64,000 nt of DNA from Eledone cirrhosa. Its lineage: Eukaryota. The notes beneath the pieces were generated by a model. That model made no database searches. It was not told where the DNA came from and saw nothing but the letters and a program-made list of their open reading frames with translations. Made by a program: the position numbers and the translations under genes. The number at the start of each line of letters is the position of its first letter. Positions within the stretch are counted from its first letter, which is position 1. Below are positions 27,051-41,354 of this stretch, one piece after another. The stretch spans positions 289,416,001-289,480,000 of the forward strand of contig OZ024740.1 of the NCBI GenBank assembly GCA_964016885.1, given 5' to 3'.

Positions 27051-27081
27051 GTTTCAAACTTTAACCAGCATAGGACATAGC

Positions 27082-27135
<54 letters not shown>

Positions 27136-28298
27136 TACACACACACAAGCACACACACACTCTCTCTCTCTCTCTCTCTCTCTCTTTATATATATATAAT
27201 ATAATTGTTTCTACTTTTAGCACAAGGCCAGCAATTACCCAGTGTATTACTGGTACTTTATTTTATCGACCCCGTAAGGATGAAAGGCAAAGTTAACCTC
27301 GGCAGTATTTGAACTCAGACCATAAAGGGCCGTAACACTTTGCTGCAAATCATGGCGTCCGAACCTTTACCGTTACTGCCAATCCACCATAATATAATGT
27401 CGGTGATACAATCAGTTAAGCCTTCAATGGTATTTGTAATATTTGCTTACGTCCAAACAAATCCTTCTCAGGCTCACTTCGTCTTCTATTAGATTGATAG
27501 AATAAGTACCTGTTATAAAATAAGTACTGGGGCTTAGAAGAAGTCGATTGTACCCTCGTCAAAGTCTTATTGACCAAAACCAGGTAAAACGTATTGAGCG
27601 ATAAAACGTATTGAGCGATAAAGTGTTTGACATCTTGCTATTATAAGTAAGTAACACTATCAGTAGATAAGCGAGTGACAAACTGCAGCTAAGTAAGCTA
27701 ACACACCCTTTACACAATACCATCATTATGTACATGGTATCCTTTTACAGCTAGTTGGGTGTGTTAGGTTTCTATTGACGCACCAAAGCGCCGCTGAAAA
27801 GACACAACATGTTTACTCTTAAGTCAAGTCGCCGACATTCTGCCGACATTCTATCGATATTCACAGCTTTTGCACGCGCATGAGCTTAATATTTTCCAAG
27901 CTACATGGTCGTAACTAACTTTGTGTAATAGAAAGTATATGAAAGTGAAAGTATAAAACTAAGCTTGAATAATTGAAGAATATCAAAAGGAATTGAAAAA
28001 TAAAACAAAACCCTCAAGCGTTTGGTATACCGATACATATCAGTAAAAACGTAGACTGGGTTGAAAATAAGTAAAGAGCTTTATTCTGGGTTTACAATAT
28101 AACCCATACATATGTAACATAACCACAATACATGACTACCGACACTACATTGAAGCTTTGTAATTTACCTATAGGTGAATTGCATCAGGATTTTAATCGC
28201 CAAATCTATACAATTAAGTTAAGTAATTGACCTTATTTCACTCTCTGTATCTCTCCCTCTCTGTCTCTCCTCGCTCTCTCTCTCTCTATCTATCTATC

Positions 28299-28380
<82 letters not shown>

Positions 28381-29249
28381 CACATATACACATAGTAGAT
28401 AGACGTACAACTGCCCGGGTAGTATAATATCATTAGGCAGTTGTTGCTCTGGTTTTACGATTGTGTGAATTAAACAAACGAGAAGAACGGACCTCAAGCA
28501 TACTACATAAATAAAGTTTATCACCAGTTACTTCGCAGGATGTCTAGACGCTTCAGAGACTTATTCACCTCGTCATACAATTACTACTTTAGCCTTATAA
28601 TATACAGCAGTTGTTGATATCGTAATAACGCATGTGGTTGCTAAATAAATCGATCAGGAACAGGCAAAGGAACGAAGTGGTCACTTTATACGTCACATTT
28701 AAAGCTAGTGAAAAATAACTTCAAAGTACTCTACAGGAAAATTAAAATAAGTTGGATAGCTAAACTCGAGAGCCATGGTATTTTGATCGTGCTGGGTGAG
28801 GTGTTACATTTACCAACCTTCGATTTATTATCATGAGTTCTAAATGAGTGAAAACTGCCAATGCAAAGGATGCAAGTGTTAAGAAAAACGGGTAAGTAAT
28901 AGAATCGAAAGAATAATTAATAATTGTTTCTACTTTTGGCATAAGGCCAGCAATCACCCAGTACATTACTGGTACTTTATTTTATCGACCCCGTAAGGAT
29001 GAAAGGCAAAGTTAACCCCGGCGGGATTTGAACTCAGATCATAAAGGGACGTAACTCTATGCTTCAAAGCATTGTGTCCGACTCTCTATCGATACTGCCA
29101 ATCCACGGATTAATAATTGTTTCTACTTTTGGCACAAGGCCAGCAATTAGCCAGTACATTACTGGTACTTTATTTTATCGACCCCTTAAGGATGAAAGGC
29201 AAAGTTGACCTCGGCGGGATTTGAACTCAGAATGGCAAGGGCCGTTCTG

Positions 29250-30660
29250 AGTAACAAACATGGAAGTGCAACTACCAAAGCTAAAACAGACCGAGACCAA
29301 ATTATAGACTTAATATTGAGGACACTTTTATGAACATAATATCGAGAAGTTTTATGAACATGGTATACAGAGTGTAAATTCATCATTGAATTTCCAAACA
29401 AGAAACACAAGCACTGCAATGATCGAAATGGAATGTGTTTTGTTAATTCGGATCGAAAGCAGATTCCTTTAAGTTAAATAATCAGCAAAAAAGAAGAATC
29501 TCAGTCTGTCTTTAGCAGTTTAACGAAAACGAAAAGAAAACGAAACGGAAGGAGAAACTAATGAATCATTCTTTGAAAGATCTGGAAGTTTAGACCGGTT
29601 TAAAAAATCTGGAATCCATAACTTTAGGGTAAAGTGAAAGTATGGACTTTAATGAATTAATCAGACATCATACCGAATCGAAAAAGAAAAAAAATGAAGT
29701 TGGTAGTTATGTCGATGAACAAATGATGAAGAAAAGATGAGAAAAATGTTGTTGAAACAGATTTGTTTTGGAAACGAATGCCAGATATAACTTACCAGTG
29801 GAAAAATATAAATTAAATGCAGCTTGGGTTCAAAGTGACAAATGATCGTCTAATATGGGTGGAAATAATTTTGGCGACTTCAAATTATAACTGAAGCTGA
29901 TCTATAATTCTAAAAACCCAGATGCTTTTTAACGGATTCAACAAGAAGTTTCTTACCAGTTTATCGACAATCTAATAGAATAGATGAAATTACAAATTTC
30001 ATATTTGAGGATTCGCACGAATTGTTTGTATCCCGAGATAGAAAAATATTGTATGTCTATAAATCAAGATTAAAATGTTTTTTGTTAATGTTTGTCAATG
30101 CTCTGGGTTACCAATTCCACTTAGCGTATTTTGCCAAAATAGTATGGCTGCATTTTTATCACCGAGCTGAAACAAGGAATAATAACAAACAATCAACGTC
30201 TATCATGTACGCATAACCTATGTCTGGGAGAAAATACAATTAATGTTATGCACTTTTAGAACTTTAGCATAAAGAAAGCATTGGAAAATATTAATGGTGC
30301 ATGACGTAGTGTAGCAAGTACCAATATGAAAACTTATGGGAAAATATAATTGATCATTGCACAAATAATTTTCATGGATTCAATGATGAAGTTGCAGAGA
30401 CCGTAACAGAAATCACACAATTCGATTTACGCCTGGAAATGTCTAGAATAGACGATAATCATATCAGTAAATTGACTAACTGACATGATGTGAACTTCAA
30501 TATTTAGATTTAGAGTAGCAACTTAAATATGTATGAACACGACGATGGGTAAGCCAACAGATGACGTTGATACGCAAACGAAAGAATCCATAATTAAGAT
30601 CCTAATGTAGAGAGGGCCATGGAAGTTAGAAAACAAATTGAAAAAGCATACATATAAAAA
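29250..30660 (+). pseudogene. Highly decayed DNA-transposase-like remnant (possibly pogo/Tigger)
   Basis: Purine-rich, coding-like sequence with many stops. Patches weakly recall a DDE_1 domain (LPVEKYKLNAAW; LYPEIE). Recognised only weakly by eye. Confidence 0.3.
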
Positions 30661-30664
30661 AGAG

Positions 30665-30950
30665 TATGACCATGGCAAACCCCTCGTCTGGGATGCCACA
30701 TGCAGCGACACTTTCTCCAGTCGCAACCTGGTGAAGTCTGTGGCTAACCCAGGTTCTGCTGCACTTCGGGCAGAAGAGGGCAAACTCTCCAAATACCGGT
30801 CGTGCCCTTGGCAGTGGAGCCTTCTGGTGTCCTTGGTCCTAGGGCTTCCTCCTTACTCATCACCATAGGCGCTGAGCTGGCCAGCCACATCTCCCTTACC
30901 ATCCTCCGGGGAAACGCCTTCTCCATTCTGTCCGCAGGGGCTGTGGGGCG
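30665..30950 (+). mobile_element. CRE-like non-LTR retrotransposon RLE C-terminal fragment
   Basis: GKPLVWDATCSDT...GSAALRAEEGKLSKY / PLAVEPSGVLG...ISLTILRGNAFSIL is typical of the CRE-clade restriction-like endonuclease. Confidence 0.7.
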
Positions 30951-32189
30951 GCCAGCACGTGGAACGCCATTTGCTCACTATACAGAGAAATGGGGAAGGC
31001 GAGAGAGATGGGGGGCGATGGCGGTGGGAGTTCGGCTCTTCCGTGTTCGGACACATTTCACCTGCCAAGAGTGTATATTGATGTACCATGACACGAAACA
31101 TACTACTACAACTCCAACGTTGCAAATAACCATTCACTAATAGGAAACATTCATTTTATGTTGAAATTATACAAATGCAATTATACAGAAAGAAGTAAGA
31201 TAAATCGAAATAAACATATTTTCACAGTATATTTTAAAAAGAAGCAATAAAACATTTTTTTTACATATGCTGCTGCATGTCAATAAACTCCCTGTAAAAT
31301 AGTAATAAAAAAAACAGCGTCCAGTGTATTTATTTTCTTTTTTTTATTTATATTGATTTCTATACGTTTTTTGTTTCATACAGTATTTTGAAAAATTGAA
31401 TATTTAGTATTTCTTCAAAGTCTAGACATCAATCGACGGTTTTACAACTATTTATATATCATATTATTATATATTCGAGAATAATTATTTGTGTATATAC
31501 ATATATATATATATATAGACATACATGGTGGCTGCCAACTCGTTTTCGAGTACGGCCACTACTTTATATCCATGTAAGAGAACCCCTACCGATGCGCTGA
31601 ACGAGTGTGACTTTTTAGTCCAGCCAGCGAGTTGAAAACTCTGGTACAAACACTACACTTGTGACAATTATTGACACATAGTGCTGGGCCCATGGTACCA
31701 TGTGAGGACAAGTGCAGAGAGATCTCCAGATATAAAGCAATGCCTGTGCCGTGAAGCTTTTATAGTGAGCAAAGGCAGTGCACAAAGCCAGTCCCACTCT
31801 CTTAACCAAGATGATATTTACCAAAAAGAACAAGTCAACATCATTGGATACCATCAGGGTTACAGGTGTTATATCAGAGTTTTCCTTCTCCTAGAATTCT
31901 GCCTTGACAAAGGCTAAGGGGTCATCTCTCCCAGTGATTTTGGATGGCCATTGACTCTTAAGAGCTCCTTTGCCCTTTGACAGGGTTTGTTTTTAGTCCT
32001 GCAGGATGTCCAAAGTCACCCTCCTCACCAAGAAACCTTGGTGGGGTTGCCAGTTTAGTCGCCAACGACCCGACCATGAGACAGGTTGTACTGGGATACA
32101 TGTTACCAGTAGCACCAACTGGTGACCTGACATACATAGACATACATAGACATACATACATAGACATACATACATACATACATATATAC

Positions 32190-32231
<42 letters not shown>

Positions 32232-32820
32232 ATAGTTTCTTATATAGGCACAAGGCCAGCAATTTTGGGGGAGGGGAAAGTCGATTTATTCGACCCCAGT
32301 GCGTAAAGTTATTTTATCGACCCCGTAAGGATGAAAGGCAAAATTAACCTCGGCGAGATTTGAACTCAGATCATAAAGGGCCACAACTCTATGCTGCAAA
32401 TCATGGCATCTGATGCTCTACCGATACTGCTAATCCACCCAAATAATTGTTTCTACGTTAGGCACAAGGCCAGCAATTACTCAGTATATTACTGGTACTT
32501 TATTTTATCACCCAAATAATGTTAGTTAAGACGATATGTATTTTCATTTTCTTCTCACCAAGTGTGTGACGCATCTGTATGACATTTTCTTCCTCGATGT
32601 TTACAAATCATGTGTGAACTGAAGGTTGCATATGTCAAATATTCAGTATATGTCAAGTTCTTTTAAGAGATTAGACAAGTCTAAAACAATGGCTTCCATC
32701 TTGGTAGCAAATACAGTTTTAGTTTAATGTAGAATCATTAAAAAAATTCAATGTAATTTTTGTCTTGGATTTTTGGAAGTGTTTAGTTCTTCACCATTCT
32801 GAAATATTAGTGTGCTGTTT

Positions 32821-33170
32821 GTGTTTATATTCTTTATTTGTACATATTTATCTATGTGTTTATATTCTTTATTTGTACATATTTATGTATGTGTTTATAT
32901 TCTTTATTTGTACATATTTATGTATGTGTTTATATTCTTTATTTGTACATATTTATGTATGTGTTTATATTCTTTATTTGTACATATTTATCTATGTGTT
33001 TATATTCTTTATCTGTACATATTTATCTATGTGTTTATATTCTTTATTTGTACATATTTATGTATGTGTTTATATTCTTTATTTGTACATATTTATGTAT
33101 GTGTTTATATTCTTTATTTGTACATATTTGTGTATGTGTTTATATTCTTTATTTGTACATATTTGTGTAT
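32821..33170. repeat. 35 bp minisatellite (about 10 units; paralog at 38803-39165)
   Basis: Unit gtgtttatattctttatttgtacatatttatgtat repeated head to tail with no spacers. Confidence 0.9.
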
Positions 33171-33484
33171 TGTGTATGATGAGCACAAGTGTATATATAT
33201 ATGTGTTCGTATCTGAAATAACATTGAATTGTTGTTGTTGTTGTTTAGCCCCGGGTTAGATATATGATCAAATTTGTTTCTAAATTTGGACATAATCTAG
33301 CACAGCATTATCCACCGTATCATTCTCATTTTAAGATGTGATTTAAGGAGATTTGGTTCGAGGAGACTTTTCTATTATAGAATACCAATAAATTGCTGGA
33401 GCCTGTTGTAAACTGATTGTAATGCTCAATATTACTGGTCTTTTACGTGAAGACTCTTATGAAGATAAAAAGGTAACTTTAGAG

Positions 33485-33803
33485 TAGGGGCGTGCACCAG
33501 GCGGCACACGGGTCACAATCCGGCCCGCCAGACCAGTCAGAGTGGCCCGCGATGACCGTTTTTAATTTTTACCTTGTAGGCTTGTTTAGAATTTTTTTCG
33601 TAACCGTAATACAATTTCCTGTTGGTTGACCTATACTAAAGGGCTTCACTGATAGGGTTATCTGTATTATAATTTCCCAGTTTCATGTTATGGAAAGAAT
33701 TTGTGGTGAATCTTTGGAATAGTGCTTAATAAATATTAATGACCCTAATAGTTGTTTCAATGTTCAAAAGTAGCCCGCCAATGGAATATGTTGCACACCC
33801 CTG
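33485..33803. mobile_element. hAT-like MITE (paralog at 39471-39989, interrupted by a SINE)
   Basis: TIRs taggggcgtgcacc / gttgcacacccctg, subterminal ggcccgc motifs, and 8 bp flanks resembling nTCTAGAn. Confidence 0.65.
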
Positions 33804-34609
33804 GTCTAAAGTATTTTAAAGTGAGACTCAAAAACAGATGTGACAAAATACCGCAAAACATTTTGTTCGATGCAGTACCGACTCTACTAATCCATTGCTT
33901 TTGAGAATATTGCAATAGAAAATTAAAAATAAATCATGTTTTTAATTTGGTTCGGAGCCACACATATAAGGTGGAGTGTATAGTCGATTAATTCTAATAA
34001 AAATATTAAGAGTGAAAACAGTGATGTTTAAAATCTTCAACACATTTTATCGTCACATTTCTAACCTCTGGAGTCCTCAATATTAAATATCATTTCATAG
34101 CTATCATAATTTCATCTTCCAATTTTTATCCTCTCGGAAGAAGAAAATGGGCACGAAACGTTGGAATTTTCACTCGTCACGGCAATTCTTCTTCTTCTTC
34201 TTCTTCTTCTTCTTCTTCTTCTTCTTCTTCTTCTTCTTCTTCTTCTTCTTCTTCTTCTTCTTCTTCTTCTTCTCCCTCCTCTCCTTCCACCAAGCCCCCC
34301 CCCCCCCTCGTTTTTAAGCTCGTCTTTTTTCACCGTATAATGACGTCTAGTTAACTTATTTATGCTCCGGCCTGCATTAAAAATGTTAACACTAACTTAA
34401 CTAAGAATTTGATGCTTTAAAACTGACACAACCAGCACGACAAACAGTATTCAACGAGAATATTTATAGCTTTGCTTTAAAACAATTTCGAGTTCATAAC
34501 CCTAAAAGATAGCTTGTCCAGGATATTGGCTTTTGGGGTTATTAGCCCTACAGTATAGCTAGGGAGATCGACGCTTAAAATATATTTCGGCAGAGAATTA
34601 ATTATGTAC

Positions 34610-35265
34610 ATCCATGTACATAATATGAAAGACATCCATGTACATAATATGAAAGAGTACTGGTGGAATGTTCCAGTAAAAACCCCAATAAAATGCAAGC
34701 ATAACAGACCAGATATGATATGGGACAGGGAGAAGAAAGCATGCACAGTAGTGGAAATTAGCTGCCCAGCAGATGCCAGTGTAATATCAAAGTTAGCGAA
34801 AGGGAGAATATTTATGCAGAAATGCTGAGAAATCTGCAGATACTCCACCCTGATTACACCTTTAGATTTATGCCTGTGATTATTGGAGCACTGGGGTATG
34901 TTAGTAACTGCCTCAATACAAATCTTGAGAAGCTAGGCTTCACATGAACAGAAAGAACACAACTAGTTAGGAAATTACAAGTACAATCCATTAATGGAAC
35001 AGTAAAAATATGTAAAACATTCCAAAAGTTTTGCATCTAATAACTGCATATACACATGTACAGATACAAAGCATATACACATGCACACATACAACTCAAA
35101 ACATACACATCCACACATACAATAACACCCATATCTACACATGCATACATACATAATCTACGTAGTTGATGTGTAAATTCCAATGAGAGAGTCTTGTATC
35201 TATTGTTAGAAACCGACTCTCCGTCTATTGGGAAAACATTTGTGAAATTATAAAACCAGAAGAAC
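34610..35265 (+). mobile_element. R4/Dong-like RLE non-LTR retrotransposon 3' fragment
   Basis: EYWWNVPVKTPIKCKHNRPDMIWDREKKACTVVEISCP (PD-(D/E)xK) and FMPVIIGALG. Confidence 0.75.
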
Positions 35266-35521
35266 ATACTTACATACATACATAAATATACATACATACA
35301 CATATGCATAGAATGTTCATATATATAAACTAATAATACATGTAAAATATCCCAGGTGCTTGACTAGTATCAGGTACACATACGCACATATAGACATACA
35401 AGCATATGCACATATACACATATATAAGTCAAACCACAGATTTACACATGCAATGACAGGTATGCATGTAAGAACACATACACAACATACGTGTATAGGT
35501 AGACATTAGCAGACATAAATA

Positions 35522-35552
<31 letters not shown>

Positions 35553-35642
35553 CCTGGAGTTGCGACCGATAGATAGTATAAGCAATTGGAAAGACCAATG
35601 GAAGCATTGTTTTCTCGGTCCGATTTGACGAAAGTCGATCGA

Positions 35643-35711
<69 letters not shown>

Positions 35712-35723
35712 TTAATATAGATG

Positions 35724-35774
35724 AGATTCTACAGGACTAGAACTGTTTCATTCATTTGAAATCATCAGGAATCT
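35724..35774 (-). ncRNA. Type I hammerhead ribozyme with a canonical core
   Basis: Minus strand reads agattc-CTGATGA-t-ttca-aa-tgaa-t-GAAA-cag-ttctagtc-ctg-TA-gaatct. It is part of a ~130 bp element with degenerate relatives at about 50395-50490 and 62833-62950. Confidence 0.8.
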
Positions 35775-35840
35775 GTTATACTCTGCTATGTATTGAGTAC
35801 CTTACTTACTGTGGTTACCTCCGATTCAACCCGGAATAAC

Positions 35841-35877
<37 letters not shown>

Positions 35878-36139
35878 TCAAGTAAATGGATATCAGTCGC
35901 CTTCGATGATGAGTATTCAGTTGTTCGAACAACTGAACTCCTTGCTAATTCCACAGAGCAACCCTTAGAGTTAACGTGACAGAGTGTTTGACAAGGCAGG
36001 TACAATCTACTGAATTTCACTATACTCTTCGCCGAATTTCCCCGCCTACGGTAGTAAAACGTAAAAGTGTAAAAGTAAACCGTAAAGACCCCTCTCCCCT
36101 TAGGTCACGAATGACCATGAGATTTGAACCTCGAAATTC

Positions 36140-36432
36140 CACCCCCCTCCTGAGGAACAAGTCCAGACAAGGTTGTTTGTGGAAGACCAGCAGTCGCGCA
36201 TGCACACCAGCCTCCCCTCTCCACACCACCGATGTTGTCCAAGGGAAAGACAGTGGCCGATACAGCTTGACATCAGTGACGTCGCAACTCCTTTCTACAG
36301 CTGAGTAAACTGGAGCAACGTGAAATAAAGTGTCTTGTTTAAGGACACGACGCTTCACCCGGTCCGAGAATCGAACTCATAATCTTCTGATTGCAATCTC
36401 AATGCTCTAACCACTAAGCCATGCGCCTTCAT
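36140..36432 (-). mobile_element. tRNA-derived SINE (family 2, long form; paralog at about 43600-43885)
   Basis: Minus strand reads gaaggcgcatggcttagtggttagagc...gagttcgattc...gtccttaaacaagacactttatttcacgttgctcc. Confidence 0.8.
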
Positions 36433-37133
36433 ATGAAAGTGAAGTGTATAATCCAGGTAACTATACTAATCAAGCTTAGATAGTTTTGAGCCGCATGCAA
36501 AACTGATGCTTCATAGTAAGTATTCCTAGAGAAGTGAATGTAACTTGTGTTTTAATGAAACATATCGTGTGTCCCATTACAATACAAACACCTGGAAATC
36601 TAACCACAATCTCTTCCGATTGTGACCTAGTTACTTTCTGAATACGCAAATAGGTCACAATCGTCAACATTAAAATAGATCCACGATTATTGTAGCATAT
36701 GTTATCAACTTGGTCTTGAAGCGAAGTAAGTAAAAAAAAAACTTGCCATCTGCACAATGACAAAAACATTGTCAGGTTTCACAGTCTCGAAAAGCAATTG
36801 AGAGAGTTACAGTATAATGACTGAAAATAGTGTTGGGTCAGTGTTATACATACAAAGATACATGATATGATGGCTGCCCCCTCGTTATCGAGTATGGCCA
36901 TTGCTCGATAAAAAAACAAGCAAAAAGTAAATGAAATAATAATAATAATAATACTTTCTAATTTAGACACAAGGCCAGCAATTACCCAGTGCATTACTGG
37001 TACTTTATTTTATCGACCCCGTAAGGATGAAAGGCAAAGTCAACCTCGGCGGGATTTGAACTCAGATCGTTAAGGGACGTAACTATGCTGGAAAGCATGG
37101 CGTCCGACCCTCTACTGATACTGCCAATCCAAC

Positions 37134-37176
<43 letters not shown>

Positions 37177-37212
37177 CCCCCCCCCCCCACATACATATAT
37201 ATATTTATAATT

Positions 37213-38135
37213 ACCGGTGCTGCGATCGAATGTGGCTTTTTAGCCCAGCCAATGATCTGAAATGTCTTGCACAGAGTTGGCAGCCATGATAAAAAACATT
37301 CACTGGCATAGTTGGTCGTCATGTACTTTTGCATGTCGTTTGAGCCCTCCTGCTGATCTACACTCTTTTCCACATGCTTGACAGGTATGATGAGTAGCAT
37401 CTCCGACAGCAGCCTGGTATCAACCACTGGTCTCACTTTACGACTGCGAAGATTACTTTTGAGTCCAGCTTTGCTGAGGCAGACTCTTGCATAGACGCTG
37501 CATGTCTGCATACATACATATATACATGGTGGCTGCCAACTCGTTTTCGAGTACGGCCACTACTTTATATCCATGTAGGAGAACCCCTACCGATGCGCTG
37601 AACAAGTGAAGTGTGACTTAGTCCAGCCAGCGACTTGAAAACTCTGGTACAAACACTACACTTGTGACAATTACTGACACATAGCGCTTGGCCCATGGTA
37701 CCATGTGACGACAAGTGCAGAGAGATCTCCAGATATAAAGCAATGCCTGTGCCGTGAAGCTTTTATAGTGAGCAAAGGCACTGCACAGAGCCAGTCCCAC
37801 TCTCTTAACCAAGATGATATTTACCAAAAAGAAGAACAAGTCAACATCATTGGATACCATCAGTGTTGCAGGTGTTATATCAGAGTTTTCCTTCTCCTAG
37901 AATTCTACCTTGACAAAGGCTAAGGGGTCATCTCTCCTGGTGATTTTGGATGGCCATTGACTCTTAAGAGCTCCTTTGCCCTTTGACAGGTTTTGATTTT
38001 AGTCCTGCAGGATGTCCAAAGTCACCCTCCTCACCAAGAAACCTTGGTGGGGTTGCTAGTTTAGTCGCCAACGACCCGACCATGAGACAGGTTGTACTGG
38101 GATACATGTTACCAGTAGCACCAACTGGTGACCTG
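37213..38135 (-). mobile_element. Internally deleted RTE derivative: 5' region joined to the zinc-finger 3' end (paralog at 45260-46070)
   Basis: 37213-37510 is homologous to the C-terminus of the 41355-42302 ORF. 37525-38135 carries the RTE 5' repeat. Confidence 0.6.
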
Positions 38136-38235
38136 GCATACATAGACATACATACATACGTACATACATACATACATACATACATACATACATACATACA
38201 TACATACATACATACATACATACATACATACATAC

Positions 38236-38291
<56 letters not shown>

Positions 38292-39726
38292 ATAGTTTCT
38301 TATATAGGCACAAGGCCAGCAATTTTGGGGGAGGGGAAAGTCGATTTATTCGACCCCAGTGCGTGACTGGTACTTTATTTTATCGAGGCCGTAAGGATGA
38401 AAGGCAAAATTAACCTCGGCGAGATTTGAACTCAGATCATAAAGGGCCATAACTCTATGTTACAAATCATGGTATCCGATACTGCCAATTCACCCAAATA
38501 ATGGTAGTTAAGACGATATGTATTTTCATTTTCTTCTCACCAAGTGTGTGACGCATCTGTATGACATTTTATTCCTCGATGTTTACAAATCATGTGTGAA
38601 CTGAAGGTTGCATATGTCAAATATTCAGTATATGTCAAGTTCTCTTAAGAGATTAGACAAGTCTAAAACAATGGCTTCCATCTTGGTAGCAAATACAGTT
38701 TTAGTTTAATGTAGAATCATTAAAAAAATTCAATGTAATTTTTGTCTTGGATTTTTGGAAGTGTTTAGTTCTTCACCATTCTGAAATATTAGTGTGCTGT
38801 TTGTGCTTATATTCTTTATTTGTACATATTTATCTATGTGTTTATATTCTTTATTTGTACATATTTATGTTTGTGTTTATATTCTTTATTTGTACATATT
38901 TATCTATGTGTTTATATTCTTTATTTGTACATATTTATGTATGTGTTTATATTCTTTATTTGTACATATTTATGTATGTGTTTATATTCTTTATTTGTAC
39001 ATATTTATGTATGTGTTTATATTCTTTATTTGTACATATTTGTGTATTGTGTATGATGAGCACAAGTGTATATATATATGTGGTCGTATCTGTTTATATT
39101 CTTTATTTGTACATATTTATGTATGTGTTTATATTCTTTATTTGTACATATTTGTGTATTGTGTATGATGAGCACAAGTGTATATATATATGTGGTCGTA
39201 TCTGAAATAACATTGAATTGTTGTTGTTGTTTAGCCCCGGGTTAGATATATGATCAAATTTGTTTCTAAATTTGGACATAATCTAGCACAGCATTATCCA
39301 CCGTATCATTCTCATTTAAAGATGTGATTTAAGGAGATTTGGTTCGAGGAGACTTTTCTATTATAGAATACCAATAAATTGCTGGAGCCTGTTGTAAACT
39401 GATTGTAATGCTTAATATTACTGGTCTTTTACGTGAAGACTCTTATGAAGATAAAAAGGTAACTTTAGAGTAGGGGCGTGCACCAGGTGGCACACGGGTC
39501 ACAATCCGGCCCGCCAGACCAGTCAGAGTGGCCCGCGATGACCGTTTTTAATTTTTACCTTGTAGGCTTGTTTAGAATTTTTTTCGTAACCGTAATACAA
39601 TTTCCTGTTAGTTGACCTATACTAAAGGGCTTCACTGATAGGGTTATGTGTATTATAATTTCCCAGTTTCATGTTATGGAAAGAAGTTGTGGTGAATCTT
39701 TGGAATAGTGCTTAATAAATATTAAT

Positions 39727-39910
39727 TGTTTCTACTTTAGGCACAAGGCCAGCAATTATCCAGTGCATTACTGGTACTTTATTTTATCGACCCCGTAAGG
39801 ATGAAAGTCAAAGTCAACCTTGGCGGGATTTGAACTCAGATCGTAAAGTGACGTAACTATGCTGGAAAGAATGGCGTCCGACCCTCTACCGATACTGCCA
39901 ATCCACTGCC
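39727..39910 (-). mobile_element. Family 1 SINE with a 16 bp target-site duplication
   Basis: cttaataaatattaat occurs at 39711-39726 and 39911-39926. The empty site is present in copy A at about 33725. Confidence 0.9.
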
Positions 39911-40809
39911 CTTAATAAATATTAATGACCCTAATAGTTGTTTCAATGTTCAAAAGTGACCTGCCAATGGAATATGTTGCACACCCCTGCTCTAAAGTAT
40001 TTTAAAGTGAGACTCATAAACAGATGTGACAAAATACCGCAAAACATTTTGTTCGATGCAGTACCGACTCTACTAATCCATTGCTTTTGAGAATATTGCA
40101 ATAGAAAATTAAAAATAAATCATGTTTTTAATTTGGTTCGGAGTCACACATATAAGGTGGAGTGTATAGTCGATTAATTCTAATAAAAATATTAAGACAG
40201 AAAACGATGATGTTTAAAATCTTCAACACATTTTATCGTCACATTTCTAACCTCTGGAGTCCTCAATATTAAATATCATTTCATAGCTATCATAATTTCA
40301 GCTTCCAATTTTTATCCTCTCGGAAGAAGAAAATGGGCACGAAACGTTGGAATTTTCACTCGTCACGGCAATTCTTCTTCTTCTTCTTCTTCTTCTTCTT
40401 CTTCCACCAAGCCCCCCCACCCTCCCTCGTTTTTAAGCTCGTCTTTCTTCACCGTATAATGACGTCTAGTTAACTTATATATGCTCCGGCCTGCATTAAA
40501 AATGTTAACACTAACTTAACTAAGAATTTGATGCTTTAAAACTGACACAACCAACACGACAAACAGTATTCAACGAGAAAGTATCATATATAGGATGAGT
40601 ATATTTATAGCTTTGCTTTGAAACAATTTCGAGTTTATAACCCTAAAAGATAGCTTGTCCAGGATATTGGCTTTTGGGGTTATTAGCCCTACAGTATAGC
40701 TAGGGAGATCGACGCTTAAAATATATTTCGGCAGAGAATTATTTATGTACAGATGTAATAATTATGCATAGATGAAAGCATATACACACATATATATATA
40801 TATATACTC

Positions 40810-40851
<42 letters not shown>

Positions 40852-40853
40852 TC

Positions 40854-40905
<52 letters not shown>

Positions 40906-41089
40906 AAATATATGAATAAATGAATATATAAATATATGAATATATATAAATATATTCATACATACATGTATACATAAATACATAATACAAACTTACATAC
41001 ATACACATACATACATGCATACATGTATGATGGCTGCCCCCTCGTTATCGAGTATGGCCATTGCACGAGAAAAAAAAAAAATGATAATG

Positions 41090-41121
<32 letters not shown>

Positions 41122-41354
41122 CAAAAAAAAAAGGAAATATATATATATATATACATATACATACACATATACACACACACACACACACTCACACGCACAT
41201 ATACACACACACATACATTAATAACAATAATAATAATAATAATCATAACAACAATAATAATAACGACAACAACAATAATAATATACATATACATATATAT
41301 ATACACACACACGCACACACACAAGCATATCTACACACACACACACGATAGCAA

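Noticed and set aside
32040-32135. Possible HDV-like ribozyme at the RTE 5' end (minus strand, ...gcgacUAAacugg)
   Set aside because: I could not assign P1, P3 and P1.1 consistently across the copies by eye; an RNArobo HDV descriptor search would be needed.
32821-33170. 35 bp repeats resembling a CRISPR array
   Set aside because: The units are head to tail with no unique spacers, there are no cas genes, and the context is eukaryotic; it is a minisatellite.
34112-34333. Poly-Arg protamine-like ORF
   Set aside because: It is a (CTT)n microsatellite whose length differs in the paralog at about 40372.
36476-36769. 97 aa ORF conserved at 43928-44221
   Set aside because: The identity is explained by the recent segmental duplication; there are no protein motifs or splice evidence.
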